From an uncultured Dehalococcoidia bacterium (lineage in GTDB: Bacteria; Chloroflexota; Dehalococcoidia; DSTF01; WHTK01), in contig CAYRCD010000033.1 of assembly GCA_964422735.1 (NCBI GenBank), positions 1 through 30,218 of the forward strand: a stretch of DNA of 30,218 bases, written 5' to 3'. The notes beneath the pieces were generated by a model. The model was not told where the DNA came from. It did no database searches and was given only the letters and a program-made list of their open reading frames with translations. Positions 1 to 10,097 of this stretch are shown one piece after another; within the stretch, counting starts at the first letter, position 1; every line of letters starts with the position of its first letter. The translations under genes were made by a program, and so were the position numbers.

Positions 1-284
1 GCGACATCGAGATCCTGCCGTCGCGCCTGCCCACGCTTTACCGGAAGCTGACGGAGTAGCCGTGAGAAATCAGCAATCAGCGGTCAGTCCTCAGCTACGC
101 GCCGAGGTATTTCTGACTTGGCGGCTTCGAGCGCAGGGTGACACGGGCCTTTGTTCCGCCATTGCGAGGCCCTTCACAGAAGGGCCGTGGCAACCTCGGG
201 CCCAACGTTCGACATGCGAAGCAAAGGAGCTTTACCGGGAGTGAAGGTTCGCCCGGGGTCGCAAGAGCAGGCGTGATGACCCAG

Positions 285-1130
285 CTACGAGATCCGGGAA
301 CCGGTCAGGTCGGGGAATACCTCCCCGACCCGTTCCAGCAGCCAGCCGCCGAGGTCGCGGAGAAAGGCCTGAAGCTCCGCCGCGTCCACTGAGGGCGAGA
401 GCGCGAGCTCGAGAGCGCGGCGCATATCGTGTTCGCGCTCGGGGTAGTGTCGAGCGAAGGCTTCGTAGCAGAAATAGAGGTCGCGCGTATAGGCCTGCTC
501 TCGCTGCATTACGACCTCGAAGCCGGTCCGGAGCAGCCGCTTCATGATCCAGGCGCAGCGCTCGCGGGTCGCCTCCGGGCCGGGATGCGACGAAAGCTCA
601 CTTAAGGCCTCGCTTAGCTCGCGCCGGAAGTTGGCGCACCTCACCGCGATCTCGCGGCCGGGCTTGAACCTGGGCAAGCGCGGCGACAGGTCATCGCCGT
701 AGACGCAGACGCAATTCGTGCCGATCGAAAACTGAATGACTCTGTAGAGCGGCTCGGGCTTGGGGCCCAGCAGCGCGTCCAGGCTGAAGGGCTGGATCTC
801 AATCCCGGTCTGGAAGGGGAATTCGGCGTCCAGCTTCTCGCAGGCCGCAGAGATCCACGACCGATCGAGCGTGTCGAGCGAGCCGCGGACGACCACATAG
901 CAGTCAACGTCAGACACGCCTTCGACCGCCAGGCCATGGGGCACAGAGCCGCGAACATATACGGTGTGGACGAGTTCGGACCAGTGCTCCAGGATGACCT
1001 TCACGGCGGCGCGCAAAGGAGCGTCCCAGGGTGGCCGGATGTTCTCGGCGCTGACGTCGCGGACGACGAAACCGCCGGCATCAACCGGGACCAGCCTGCC
1101 GATCTTTCTAACTTCCACAGCCGGCGTCAA
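285..1130 (-). CDS. nucleotidyltransferase-domain protein (ANT/AadA-like minimal nucleotidyltransferase fold)
   Basis: 281-aa ORF with the 'GSVPHGLAVEGVSDVDCYVVV' motif (GS...D.D nucleotidyltransferase signature). Start codon is TTG at 1130; an in-frame GTG 4 codons in is also possible. Confidence 0.55.
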   Translation of the reverse strand: MTPAVEVRKIGRLVPVDAGGFVVRDVSAENIRPPWDAPLRAAVKVILEHWSELVHTVYVRGSVPHGLAVEGVSDVDCYVVVRGSLDTLDRSWISAACEKLDAEFPFQTGIEIQPFSLDALLGPKPEPLYRVIQFSIGTNCVCVYGDDLSPRLPRFKPGREIAVRCANFRRELSEALSELSSHPGPEATRERCAWIMKRLLRTGFEVVMQREQAYTRDLYFCYEAFARHYPEREHDMRRALELALSPSVDAAELQAFLRDLGGWLLERVGEVFPDLTGSRIS

Positions 1131-1350
1131 TTCTACTGTTCGCTCTCCCCTTGGGAGGGGATTAGGGTGGGGGCTCGCGCAGGTGCGATGTGCCTAAAGG
1201 CCGCCGAGACTGGAAGTCTGGGTTACGTGGGTGAGAATCGGGGCCCCGACATCGAACACGACGGCGCGGATGGCCATAGAGCCTCCGGGAGGTTGGAAGC
1301 GGGAGGCGGGAATCGGGATCATTCGCGGCTTGCTTCCCGATTCTCGCTTC

Positions 1351-2574
1351 TCAGGTCACCTTATCCAGGACTATTTGCAGGTCGCCAGTGGAGCGCGTCT
1401 GGAAGCCGGCTTCGCTGGCGCAGAGGTAGTAGTGCCACATGCGGATGAAACGGTCGTCGAAGCCGAGGGCGCGGACGGCGTCGAGGTTGGCGAAGAAGCG
1501 CTCGCGCCAGAGCTGGAGGGTGCGGACGTAGTTGAGGCCGATATCCTCGACGGCGCTAATCACCAGGTTCGTGCGCCGGATCGAGCGCTCGATCTCGGCC
1601 AGCGAGGGCAGCATGCCGCCGGGGAAGATGTACTTCTGTATCCAGTTCACGCCGTCGCGCAGGTCCTCGAAGGTGCGATCAGGGACCGTGATTGTCTGCA
1701 GGGCGATGCGCCCACCCGGCTTGAGGACGGCGTCGCACTTCTGGAAGAAGGCCTCGAAGTAGTCGGCGCCGACGGCTTCGAGCATCTCGATCGAGACGAC
1801 TTTGTCGAAGCGGCCGGCGACGTCGCGGTAGTCGCTGAACTCGACCTCGACGCGGTTGCCGAGGCCCGCCTCCGCCACCCGCTCCCGCGCCAGCTCGAGC
1901 TGCTCGCGCGAGATCGTGATCGTCGTCACCCGGCAGTCGCAGCTCTCGGCCGCGTAGATGGCGAAGCCGCCCCAACCGCTGCCGATCTCGAGCACGTGGT
2001 CGCCCGCGCCCAAGCCCGCCTTCTCGCAGAGCGCGCGGTACTTGTTGCGCTGGGCGGCGGCCAGGTCCTCGCCGGGTGATTCGAAGACGGCGCAAGAGTA
2101 GGTGAGCGTCTGGTCCAGGAACAGGCGGAAGAAGTCGTTGCCAAGGTCGTAGTGGGCCTGGATGTTGTCACGGGCGCCGTTTTGAGTGTTGCGGCGGTCG
2201 AGGTGCAGGCGGCGGCTGGCGAAGCGCGACACGTCGTTGAGCTTCTTCAGGGCCGCCGGTGCCTGGCGGCGGTTTCGGATGCCGGCAACCAGCAGCGCCG
2301 TGAGGTCGTCGGCCCGCCAGAGGCCGTCCATATAGGACTCGCCGACCCCGATCTCGCCGCCCGTAATGACGCGACTGTAGAACTCCGGGCTGAGGATGCG
2401 CAGGGTGGCGCTGGGCGGCACGCCCTTCTGACCGAACAGGCGCCGCTGGCCGTTGTCGAACTCTACCGCGATGGAGCCGTCGCGCATGCGGGAGGCCGCC
2501 TCCACCAGGAGACGCTTCGCGGCGGCCGCCGTCATCGTCCCCGTTGCCTTCTGAAGAGTGGACCTGATTGTCAT
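1351..2574 (-). CDS. cfa: cyclopropane-fatty-acyl-phospholipid synthase family SAM-dependent methyltransferase
   Basis: 407 aa. SAM-binding motif 'VLEIGSGWGGFAIYAA' and CFA-synthase-like C-terminal region. ATG at 2574 preceded by GAGGAG with 4-nt spacing. Confidence 0.8.
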   Translation of the reverse strand: MTIRSTLQKATGTMTAAAAKRLLVEAASRMRDGSIAVEFDNGQRRLFGQKGVPPSATLRILSPEFYSRVITGGEIGVGESYMDGLWRADDLTALLVAGIRNRRQAPAALKKLNDVSRFASRRLHLDRRNTQNGARDNIQAHYDLGNDFFRLFLDQTLTYSCAVFESPGEDLAAAQRNKYRALCEKAGLGAGDHVLEIGSGWGGFAIYAAESCDCRVTTITISREQLELARERVAEAGLGNRVEVEFSDYRDVAGRFDKVVSIEMLEAVGADYFEAFFQKCDAVLKPGGRIALQTITVPDRTFEDLRDGVNWIQKYIFPGGMLPSLAEIERSIRRTNLVISAVEDIGLNYVRTLQLWRERFFANLDAVRALGFDDRFIRMWHYYLCASEAGFQTRSTGDLQIVLDKVT

Positions 2575-2623
2575 GCCGTCTCCTCGATTATGCGGCCGCG
2601 GCGGGCGACCACAGGGAGCGCGC

Positions 2624-3451
2624 CTACCGGACTCTCCCCTCTCCCTTCGATGGGAGAGGGACCGTCGGTGAGGGTGACGCTGCCACCGGACGAGGGCGTC
2701 GCTCCGGCTTGTTCGGGTTCGACCGGAAGCGCTCGCCGCGCAGCCAGAGCTTAAGTCCCTGCCAGTGGATGGCGGCGATCGTCTTGAAGGTGACGAGCGG
2801 ATAGCGCAGGAGCATCTTCATTACGTTAGCGTCGGTCAGGGGCAGGGGGCGAACGTCGAGACCGGCCTCGAAGAAGGGGCGGGCCTGGCGCGAGGCGTCG
2901 ATACGCACGCCGATGCGGCCGTCCTCTCCCTCCTGGAATCGGAACTCGTACTGCGCTTCCATGTCGATGAACGGGGAGACGTAAAAGGCCTTTCCAGCGG
3001 CGGCAACATAGACGGAGTGATCCTCTCCGGTGGGCCTCCGCTCGAGGTCATACATGTGCCGCTGACCCCAGGTGTTGTGCACCTCGGCCAGGACCCTGGC
3101 GAGGCGTCCGTCGGCGTCGCGGCAGAAGTAGAAGCTCACGGGGTTGAAGACGTAGTTCAGCAGGCGCACGGTCGTGAGCAGGAAGACCCGTCCCGGCACG
3201 GGGTCGAACCCGCCCGCGCGCAGGTGCGCGTATACGGAATCGCGCACGCCCATGCCTGGAGCGCCCATGTGGTCGCGGTCGAGAAGCGAGAGCAGGTTGA
3301 GCCGGTTGTAGCTGAACAGCCGGATGTTACGGTCCACCGCCTCGATCTCTTCGAGGTCAAGATAAAAGTAGAAGACCCCGTATTCGAAGCGATAGGCCGG
3401 CTGCGTGCGGGCGTGCCAGGTCTTGCCGTGATAGAGGCGCGAGTTCACCAA
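2624..3451 (-). CDS. DUF1365 family protein, commonly co-operonic with cfa and amine-oxidase genes
   Basis: 275 aa; N-terminus 'SRLYHGKTWHARTQPAYRFEYGVFYFYLDLEEIE' is typical of DUF1365. A GTG at 3448 overlaps the upstream TGA stop by 4 nt (GTGA), suggesting translational coupling; TTG at 3451 is an alternative. Confidence 0.7.
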   Translation of the reverse strand: MVNSRLYHGKTWHARTQPAYRFEYGVFYFYLDLEEIEAVDRNIRLFSYNRLNLLSLLDRDHMGAPGMGVRDSVYAHLRAGGFDPVPGRVFLLTTVRLLNYVFNPVSFYFCRDADGRLARVLAEVHNTWGQRHMYDLERRPTGEDHSVYVAAAGKAFYVSPFIDMEAQYEFRFQEGEDGRIGVRIDASRQARPFFEAGLDVRPLPLTDANVMKMLLRYPLVTFKTIAAIHWQGLKLWLRGERFRSNPNKPERRPRPVAASPSPTVPLPSKGEGRVR

Positions 3452-4704
3452 GCCACCCCCAGGCGGGCCGCGACGCGCAGGGCCGAAGCGAAGCCGTCCT
3501 CGTGAAAGCCGTAACCGAGGTGTGCGCCGGCGAAAAACGTCCGCCGCCGGCCCTGGAGCGCCTCCAGAAGGCGCTGGCCCTCCAGCGTCCGGAATGAGTA
3601 CTGGGGGTGGCTAAAAACCATCTCGCGCAACACCGTCTCCGGTCGGGGCTCGATCTCTGGGTTCACGCTGACACAATAGTCAGGCCCGCGCCAGATCGAC
3701 TGCAGCCGGTTCAGATGATAAGTCAGGGCGAGGGGGGCACCCTCTCGGCGGCAGTCGCTCGTGATGTAGTTCCAGGATGCCCGAGCCGCCACACGCCGCG
3801 GCAGGAGAGCGGGGTCGGTATGGAGGACCGCGCGGTTTTCCCCGTAAGAGAAGCTGTCGAGGGCCGCTTCTTCCTCGGGACTGGCGTCGGCCAGGAGTGC
3901 GCGGGCCTCATCGGCGTGACAAGCGAGCACCACCGCGTCGAACCGGTGGCTCTCTCCTGACGCCAGATCTATGACGGCCCCTTCGCCGCGGCGGCGGATG
4001 GCGCGGACGGGAGCGGCAGCGTGGGCGCCGCAGCCCAGCTCCTTCACCACCGCCTCGACGTAGCGTCTTGAGCCGCCGACCACGGTCCGCCAACGCCAGC
4101 GGCCGCTCGCCGCGTTGCCGATGAGCCCGTGGTTGTACACGAAGCGCAGAAAGTATTTCGCCGGGAAATCGTCGGCCGCGCCCGGCGCCATCGACCACAC
4201 CGCCGCGGCTAGAGGGAGGATGAAATGGCGTCGGAACTCGCCGGAGAAACCGCGGCGCTTCAGATAGCCGGCGAGTGTGAGGCACTCCACCTCGGGATCG
4301 CTAATCGACCTGGGCCCGTCGCGGTAGAAGCGCGCCACGTCCCATCCCAGACGCCAGCGCGCCGGTTTCACGAGCACACCGTGATCGGCGACGAGTCCCT
4401 TCAGGCCGCGGCTGCTGAACTCGACACGACAGGCCCGACAGCTGACCGCGAAGGACATGTCGCTGGTCTGCGTCGGCACGCGCAGCTCCGCCAGGAGGCG
4501 CGAAAAGCCGGGGTAGGCGGCCTCGTTGTACACGACGAATCCGGTGTCGAGACCCAGCGCCTGGCCTTCTTGCTGGGCCGCTATTGTGTTGGAGTGGCCG
4601 CCGAAGTAGTCGTTGCGCTCGAATAGCTCGACCTCGTGCGTCCTGCGCAGCAGGTAAGCAGCGGCGAGGCCGCTGATACCGGCGCCGACAATCGCCACCC
4701 TCAT
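3445..4704 (-). CDS. FAD/NAD(P)-binding amine-oxidase-like oxidoreductase
   Basis: Rossmann dinucleotide motif 'MRVAIVGAGISGLAAAYLL' at the ATG at 4704. The track ORF extends 26 codons further upstream, but the GxGxxG motif directly follows this ATG. Confidence 0.8.
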   Translation of the reverse strand: MRVAIVGAGISGLAAAYLLRRTHEVELFERNDYFGGHSNTIAAQQEGQALGLDTGFVVYNEAAYPGFSRLLAELRVPTQTSDMSFAVSCRACRVEFSSRGLKGLVADHGVLVKPARWRLGWDVARFYRDGPRSISDPEVECLTLAGYLKRRGFSGEFRRHFILPLAAAVWSMAPGAADDFPAKYFLRFVYNHGLIGNAASGRWRWRTVVGGSRRYVEAVVKELGCGAHAAAPVRAIRRRGEGAVIDLASGESHRFDAVVLACHADEARALLADASPEEEAALDSFSYGENRAVLHTDPALLPRRVAARASWNYITSDCRREGAPLALTYHLNRLQSIWRGPDYCVSVNPEIEPRPETVLREMVFSHPQYSFRTLEGQRLLEALQGRRRTFFAGAHLGYGFHEDGFASALRVAARLGVAW

Positions 4705-4845
4705 GGGAGCGCGACCATCTGCGGCTGTGCCACCATCCCCGCATCCTTTAGCCTGAAACCGCGGGCGCTCTCCCGCTCGCAAATCCTTCGTACCAGGAGC
4801 CGCCGGCGATCACCGTCAGGGGGACGCCGAGCTGAGGAGTCTGCC

Positions 4846-5610
4846 ATGGAGTTACGCAACCGCAACGTCTGGCTGATCGGCGCCAGCAGCGGTATCGGTG
4901 AGGCGCTCGTGCCGAAGCTGCTCGACGCCGGCGCGAACCTGGCGATCAGCGCCCGGCGTGCCGAACTGCTGGCCGAGGTCGCGGGGCGCAACCAACGCCC
5001 GGACCACTTTTTGATCACGAAAGCCGCCGACGTCACGATAAGAGGCGAGCTGACACGCGTGGCCCGGGAACTGGAAACTGACTGGGGCGACATCGATGCT
5101 CTGATCTATAACGCCGGCGCCTGGTCGCCGGTCGATGTCCGGCGCTTCAGCGCCGACGAGTGCGAGCGCCAGATTGCCGTGAACTACATAGGCCTGATCC
5201 GGGCCGTCGAGGCGGTGGTTCAGCCGATGATCGAGCGCCGCCGGGGTGAAATCGTCGGAGTCGCCAGCTTGAGCGGTTATGCCGGCTTTCCCCGCGCCGA
5301 GGCCTACGGCTCTTCGAAGGCCGCGGCGATCAGCTTCCTGCAGTCGCTGCGCATAGACCTGCGCCAGCACCGGGTGGGCGTCACAACGGTCAATCCGGGC
5401 TTCGTCGATACGCCGCTTACGGAGATTAACGACTTCCCCATGCCTTTCCTGCTCCAGCCGGAACAGGCGGCAGTGCGCATCGTTCGGGGTCTCCGGGCTG
5501 GACAGGCCGAGATCGACTTCCCCAAACGGCTTTCCGTGCCCGCGAAGCTGATAACGGCCCTGCCGCGGCCGGTCTACGAGTGGATCGCGGCGAGGATGAT
5601 GTCGAGATAA
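4846..5610 (+). CDS. short-chain dehydrogenase/reductase (SDR) family oxidoreductase
   Basis: ATG at 4846 preceded by GAGGAG (4834-4839). 'VWLIGASSGIGEAL' TGxxxGxG motif, 'NAGA' and the 'YGSSKAA' catalytic Y-x3-K. Confidence 0.85.
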   Translation: MELRNRNVWLIGASSGIGEALVPKLLDAGANLAISARRAELLAEVAGRNQRPDHFLITKAADVTIRGELTRVARELETDWGDIDALIYNAGAWSPVDVRRFSADECERQIAVNYIGLIRAVEAVVQPMIERRRGEIVGVASLSGYAGFPRAEAYGSSKAAAISFLQSLRIDLRQHRVGVTTVNPGFVDTPLTEINDFPMPFLLQPEQAAVRIVRGLRAGQAEIDFPKRLSVPAKLITALPRPVYEWIAARMMSR

Positions 5611-5676
5611 AGGCGGCCGGGGCGGGCAAGGCTCAAGGCAAGGCCCTGTGGGCATCAGACCAGGACGCACGCGGCG

Positions 5677-6774
5677 TCAGGCGGGCGCCGCGTCGAACCG
5701 CGGCGCGGGTAGCTTCGCGGCCAGCCAGGAGCGAACCAGATCTCGGATTCTCTCGTACGCGCCCTCATAGAGGCGGAAGCCGTTATCCTGGCGGCCCCAG
5801 GACGCCTTGAACAGGTAATCCAGGCCCGCACGCTGCAGGACCGCCTCACCGAGGAGGCCGTAGCCGGGTCCGCCCAGCCGGTTCATCGCCGCCTGGACGT
5901 GGCGGGCGCTGATCGGGCCGAGATTGATGCCTTTCTCAGCCGCCAGGCCGACGAGAAACTCGCCGGTCGTACGTGCGTTTCCCAGGGTTTCGTGCAGCAG
6001 GCGGAGCATGTCCTTCATGATCCGGTCGAAGTCGGCGCCCAGGAGGGGCAGCCAGCGCGGCGCCTGAGTCTGCAGCTCCGGGACCAGGGAGTTCCCGGGC
6101 ATCCGGAAGCGGGCAACCTCGTCGGCGACGTAGGTCACCCAGCGCGGATTGGCTTCGATCTGGAGGGCGGTCATGTCGCGATACCAGGCTGTGTGGAGGG
6201 TCTCGCGGCGCTTGATCCGCGTAGCCATGTACGCGGCCTCGGGCGAGGCGCCCCTCAGCAGCTTGGCGATGAGGCCGTGCCAGTTGTCGGTCAGGTACTC
6301 CTGAACCATGCCGAAGGTCGTGACGTGGACGGGCGTTTCGCCGCCGTAGTGCACGAACTGCTTCTCCTGGGTCTGGCGGATCTCGCGGTCCAAGTCCTCC
6401 TCGGCGAAGCCCAGGCTCATTAGGATGAACTTATAGGGCGCGTGGTGGGTCAACTCGTCCGGCGTCCAGACATTGTCGTTGAAGCGGCCCAGCCAGGTCG
6501 CCCCGAAGAGCCGCGCCCGGTCCCGAATCGCGGCAGCGTAGCTCTCGGTCGCACATTCGGTGAGCAGCGCCAGCTTGAGGATTCCCGCGAGGTCGTCCTC
6601 GCTCAGGCCTTCGGGAAGAGCGCGCAGGACGGCCTTTACGTCCAGGCGCTTCTGGCGCTCCTGGAATTCGGCGAGGTCGATCAGGTCTCCCGGTCTGGCC
6701 TCGATTCGGTCGATCAGACCCTCTAGCCTTCGCGCCGTTTCGGCGGGCAGAGCGTAAGAAACGGTCGATCCCAA
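5677..6774 (-). CDS. ferritin-like diiron protein, acyl-ACP desaturase-like
   Basis: 365 aa. Carboxylate/His motifs 'LTECATESY', 'WTPDELTHH' (compare desaturase 'WTAEENRHG') and 'QEYLTDNWHG'. TTG or GTG start. Convergent with the SDR. Confidence 0.5.
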   Translation of the reverse strand: MGSTVSYALPAETARRLEGLIDRIEARPGDLIDLAEFQERQKRLDVKAVLRALPEGLSEDDLAGILKLALLTECATESYAAAIRDRARLFGATWLGRFNDNVWTPDELTHHAPYKFILMSLGFAEEDLDREIRQTQEKQFVHYGGETPVHVTTFGMVQEYLTDNWHGLIAKLLRGASPEAAYMATRIKRRETLHTAWYRDMTALQIEANPRWVTYVADEVARFRMPGNSLVPELQTQAPRWLPLLGADFDRIMKDMLRLLHETLGNARTTGEFLVGLAAEKGINLGPISARHVQAAMNRLGGPGYGLLGEAVLQRAGLDYLFKASWGRQDNGFRLYEGAYERIRDLVRSWLAAKLPAPRFDAAPA

Positions 6775-6805
6775 GGCCCGCCTGCTTTCTCCGGAGCCGG
6801 ACTTC

Positions 6806-7267
6806 CTAAACGAGGACTTCGAGTGACTTCGAAGCCGTTTCCACCGGCCGCACCCCGTACACGACGTCCACGAGACGTCCCTGCTCGTCGATCACGAAAT
6901 GCGAGCGGTTGATGCCCATGTAGGTGCGACCCTGGAAGGAGCGCTCCCCGCAAGCCCCATACCTGTCCGCGATCGAGTGGTCAGGGTCGGCAAGCAGCGG
7001 AAAAGGAAGCTGGAACTTGGTCTTGAAATTCTGATGGGACTCCACGCCGTCGGGGCTCACGCCGAGCACGATGGCGTTCTTGGCCTCGATGTCCGCGTAG
7101 CTGTCGCGGAGCGCACAGGCCTGGGCGGTGCAACCGGGCGTGTCGTCCTTCGGGTAAAAGTAGAGTACGACGCGCTTGCCGCGGAAATCGGTCAGCTTGA
7201 CTTTCGCGTTGGCATCGGTCAAGGCTTCAAATTCGGGGGCGGTGTCGCCGACTTTCAGCTCCGTCAT
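6806..7267 (-). CDS. bcp: peroxiredoxin Bcp (thiol peroxidase, AhpC/TSA family)
   Basis: 153 aa; 'FYPKDDTPGCTAQAC' peroxidatic-Cys motif. ATG at 7267. Confidence 0.9.
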   Translation of the reverse strand: MTELKVGDTAPEFEALTDANAKVKLTDFRGKRVVLYFYPKDDTPGCTAQACALRDSYADIEAKNAIVLGVSPDGVESHQNFKTKFQLPFPLLADPDHSIADRYGACGERSFQGRTYMGINRSHFVIDEQGRLVDVVYGVRPVETASKSLEVLV

Positions 7268-7492
7268 TGTGGTTGTTACTCCTCGTTCCCTGGCATCAGC
7301 GCTACCGTTTGGTTGCGATATTCTATCAGGCTCGCCGCGGCTTCTGGCCTCATATTGACACGCGAATGATAATAAGGGTGCGGGCTTGATTGTTCCTTAT
7401 CGCTTGACTCGAAACCAAAGTAGCCTGCGTCCACGACGGGGACGGCAACGCAGCACGGACCCGACTGAGACCACTGTGAAAGGGACCCGGTC

Positions 7493-9523
7493 ATGATAAT
7501 CGCGCCGATCATCCTTGGCGTCTTGATCTTTTTGCTTGTCGTCTTCGTCTTTGCCGGGCGTATGGCGGTGAACGTCGGCGGGCAGGAGATCGGCATCCGC
7601 GAGCGCCGCTACTTCGGGCGGCCGCTACCCGAAAGCCGCGTCGTCGCCCTGAGCGGCGAAATTGGCTTCCAGAGCCGAGTATTGCAGCCCGGCCTGACCA
7701 TCCAGACTCCCTTCCTGTACAAGGTGATCAAGGCGCCGATGCTCGTCATCGGCGAGGACGAAGTCGGCCTGATCGAGTCGATCGACGGGCAGCCGCTCGA
7801 GCCGGGTCACATCTTCGCCCGCCACGTAAACGGGCACGACAGCTTCCAGGACGGCGAGAGCTTCCTGCGCAACGGCGGCCAGAAGGGACCGCAGGTCGAC
7901 ATTCTCGCCCCGGGCAAGTACCGGATCAACACCTATCTCTTCCACGTCCGGACGGTGCCGGCGGTGACGGTGCCGCAGGGCAGTGTAGGAATCGTAAGCG
8001 CCCGCGACGGCGGCCCTATCGCCGCCGGCCGTCTGCTGGCCAAGAAGGCAGAGGGCCACGGCGCCTTCCAGGACGGCGAGATATTCCTCTACGGCTCGGG
8101 CCAGCGTGGACCCCAGATCGAGCTTATTCTTCCCGGGCGCTACCGGATCAACACCGACCTCTTCCAGGTCGAGGTCAGGCCCGCCACGATCGTCAACGCG
8201 AACCAGGTCGGGCTCGTGACCGCGAAGGACGGCGGCCAGCTGCCGCCAGGCGAGCTGGTCGCGGCCAGCGTCGGCGGCCACGACGACTTCCAGAACGCCT
8301 CCGCCTTCTTGCAGGTCGGCGGCCAGCGCGGGCCCCAGTACGACATCCTCAAGCCGGGCACCTACTATATCAACCCGCTGATGTTCGACGTGAAGCTCGA
8401 CGATGTGGCCGTGATTCAGCGCGGCGAAGTGGCCGTGCTGGTTTCGAACGTGGGCAAGGAGCCGGAAGTCCCCAGCTCCGACGAGCGCCTGGCAACCAGC
8501 CAAGAGCGGTACGTGGTGCCGAGCGGTTATCGGGGTATCCAGGCAGAAGTCGCGGGACCGGGCGTCTACTACCTGAACCGCTGGGCCTACATCGCCTACA
8601 TCATCCCCACGACCAACCTGACAATCGACTGGGCCGAGGAGCAGACGTCTAGCGGCGAAGGCGGGGCTACCCAACCGGGCCAGATCCAGCGCCTCCAGCT
8701 CTTCAATCCGCTGGCTGTCATTAGCCGGGACGGCTTTGAGATGCGGGTTAGCGTTAAGGTGATCATGCGCGTGCGGCCGGACCAGGCGCCGTTGATGGTC
8801 GCGAAGATTGGCTCGATCGAGAACCTTATCGACCATGTCATCCACCCGATGATCGACTCTTCGTTCCGTAACCAGGCCTCGTCGACAGAGGCGATGAACT
8901 TCATGCAGGACCGCGCGGTCGAGCAGGCGAAAGCCCTGGAGCGGGCAAAAGATGAGCTCGAGAAATACCACGTCGAATGCGTTTCCGTCCTCATCTCACA
9001 GATAATCCTTCCGCAGGAGCTCATGTCGATTCAGACTCAGCGGGTTATCGCCGCCCAGCAGCAGGACATGTTCATCGAGCAGCAGCGGGCGGAGCAGACG
9101 CGGATCGCCACGGAAAATACACGCGCCCAGGCCAACCGCCAGGTCGACCTCGTTGCGGCGCAGATTGGCGTCCAGATCGCGGAACAGACCAAGCAGAAGA
9201 CGATCATCGAGGCCGAGGGCAACGCCCGCGCTGTCGAGCTCCAGGGCGCCGCCGAAGGCCAGAAGATACTCTCAGTGGGCAACGCGACCGCGGAAGCCTA
9301 CGCGAAGCAGGTTGCGGCCGTGGGACAGCTAAACCTGGCCGCAATCGAGCTGACGAAGTCGGTCGCGGGAGCGGGCCTGAAGATAACCCCGGACATCATG
9401 GTCGGGGGCGGGGACGGCGCCGGGGGCAGCAGCATCTTCGCCGCCTTCATGGCTCAGCTGATGGCCGGTAACCGGGTGCAGGTCGCGCCGGCGGTCGCCC
9501 CGGCCCCGCCCGCTCAGACCTGA
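7493..9523 (+). CDS. flotillin-like SPFH/band-7 family membrane protein (YqiK/FloT-like) with triplicated N-terminal repeat
   Basis: N-terminal TM helix 'IIAPIILGVLIFLLVVFVFAG'. Three roughly 80-aa tandem repeats carrying 'FQDGExFLxxGGQxGPQxxIL.PGxYRINT.LF.V'. C-terminal Ala/Gln/Glu-rich flotillin tail 'AEQTKQKTIIEAEGNARAVELQGAAEGQ'. Confidence 0.8.
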   Translation: MIIAPIILGVLIFLLVVFVFAGRMAVNVGGQEIGIRERRYFGRPLPESRVVALSGEIGFQSRVLQPGLTIQTPFLYKVIKAPMLVIGEDEVGLIESIDGQPLEPGHIFARHVNGHDSFQDGESFLRNGGQKGPQVDILAPGKYRINTYLFHVRTVPAVTVPQGSVGIVSARDGGPIAAGRLLAKKAEGHGAFQDGEIFLYGSGQRGPQIELILPGRYRINTDLFQVEVRPATIVNANQVGLVTAKDGGQLPPGELVAASVGGHDDFQNASAFLQVGGQRGPQYDILKPGTYYINPLMFDVKLDDVAVIQRGEVAVLVSNVGKEPEVPSSDERLATSQERYVVPSGYRGIQAEVAGPGVYYLNRWAYIAYIIPTTNLTIDWAEEQTSSGEGGATQPGQIQRLQLFNPLAVISRDGFEMRVSVKVIMRVRPDQAPLMVAKIGSIENLIDHVIHPMIDSSFRNQASSTEAMNFMQDRAVEQAKALERAKDELEKYHVECVSVLISQIILPQELMSIQTQRVIAAQQQDMFIEQQRAEQTRIATENTRAQANRQVDLVAAQIGVQIAEQTKQKTIIEAEGNARAVELQGAAEGQKILSVGNATAEAYAKQVAAVGQLNLAAIELTKSVAGAGLKITPDIMVGGGDGAGGSSIFAAFMAQLMAGNRVQVAPAVAPAPPAQT

Positions 9524-9562
9524 GGCTGGAACGGGGCTTCTGACTTCGGGCGAAGCTCGGTC

Positions 9563-9820
9563 TCAAGCGACGCGGCGGGAAGACGCGTGGCGGCTATCGC
9601 TGTGAACTTCGGCGCCGGGCGGCGCGGGCGGCGGCGATAGCAAGTTCTCGGAGAGTATGAGGGCGTTGCCGACTGCTCCACTCGCCTGGACGATGAGCCC
9701 CAACAACCGCTGCACTGTCCTGTCTGACGACTTCACGAGATCCTCCGGCCGGACGGCCGATGCGGCCGTCCAGTCATAGATCGGCCGGCGCGGCGAGGAC
9801 TTCATAAGGGTTCTCCGCAT
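9563..9820 (-). CDS. hypothetical protein (85 aa)
   Basis: Internal ATG at 9820 preceded by GGAGG with 6-nt spacing; the track ORF begins with a GTG at 9853. No recognisable domain. Confidence 0.3.
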   Translation of the reverse strand: MRRTLMKSSPRRPIYDWTAASAVRPEDLVKSSDRTVQRLLGLIVQASGAVGNALILSENLLSPPPAPPGAEVHSDSRHASSRRVA

Positions 9821-10097
9821 TTCTTGCCTCCGCTCACCAAGTACAACGGCCACGCCTGGCGCGCGTTAGGGCCGGATCAGCAGACCGATGAGCCCGGAGG
9901 TTGAGGTCGGGGGTTGGCGGTTGGATGGCGGAACCGCGCTGCGTGCGGCCGGACGTGCGGCCGGATCTGATAACGCATGCGCAGCCTCAGTTTGCCATTC
10001 GGAGCGCGGCGAGGAACGTCGGCTGCACTCGCGAACGGAGGCGGTGCCCCGAGATTCCGTCAGGGCTGAGCCCTGGCGCGAGGTAAGGTGGTACGAC

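Noticed and set aside
1231-2079. Numerous long ORFs overlapping annotated genes on the opposite strand or frame (for example 1231..2079, 7625..8971, 21626..22738, 15111..16163)
   Set aside because: They are Arg/Ala/Gly/Pro-rich translations with no motifs, and they overlap genes that have clear domain signatures.
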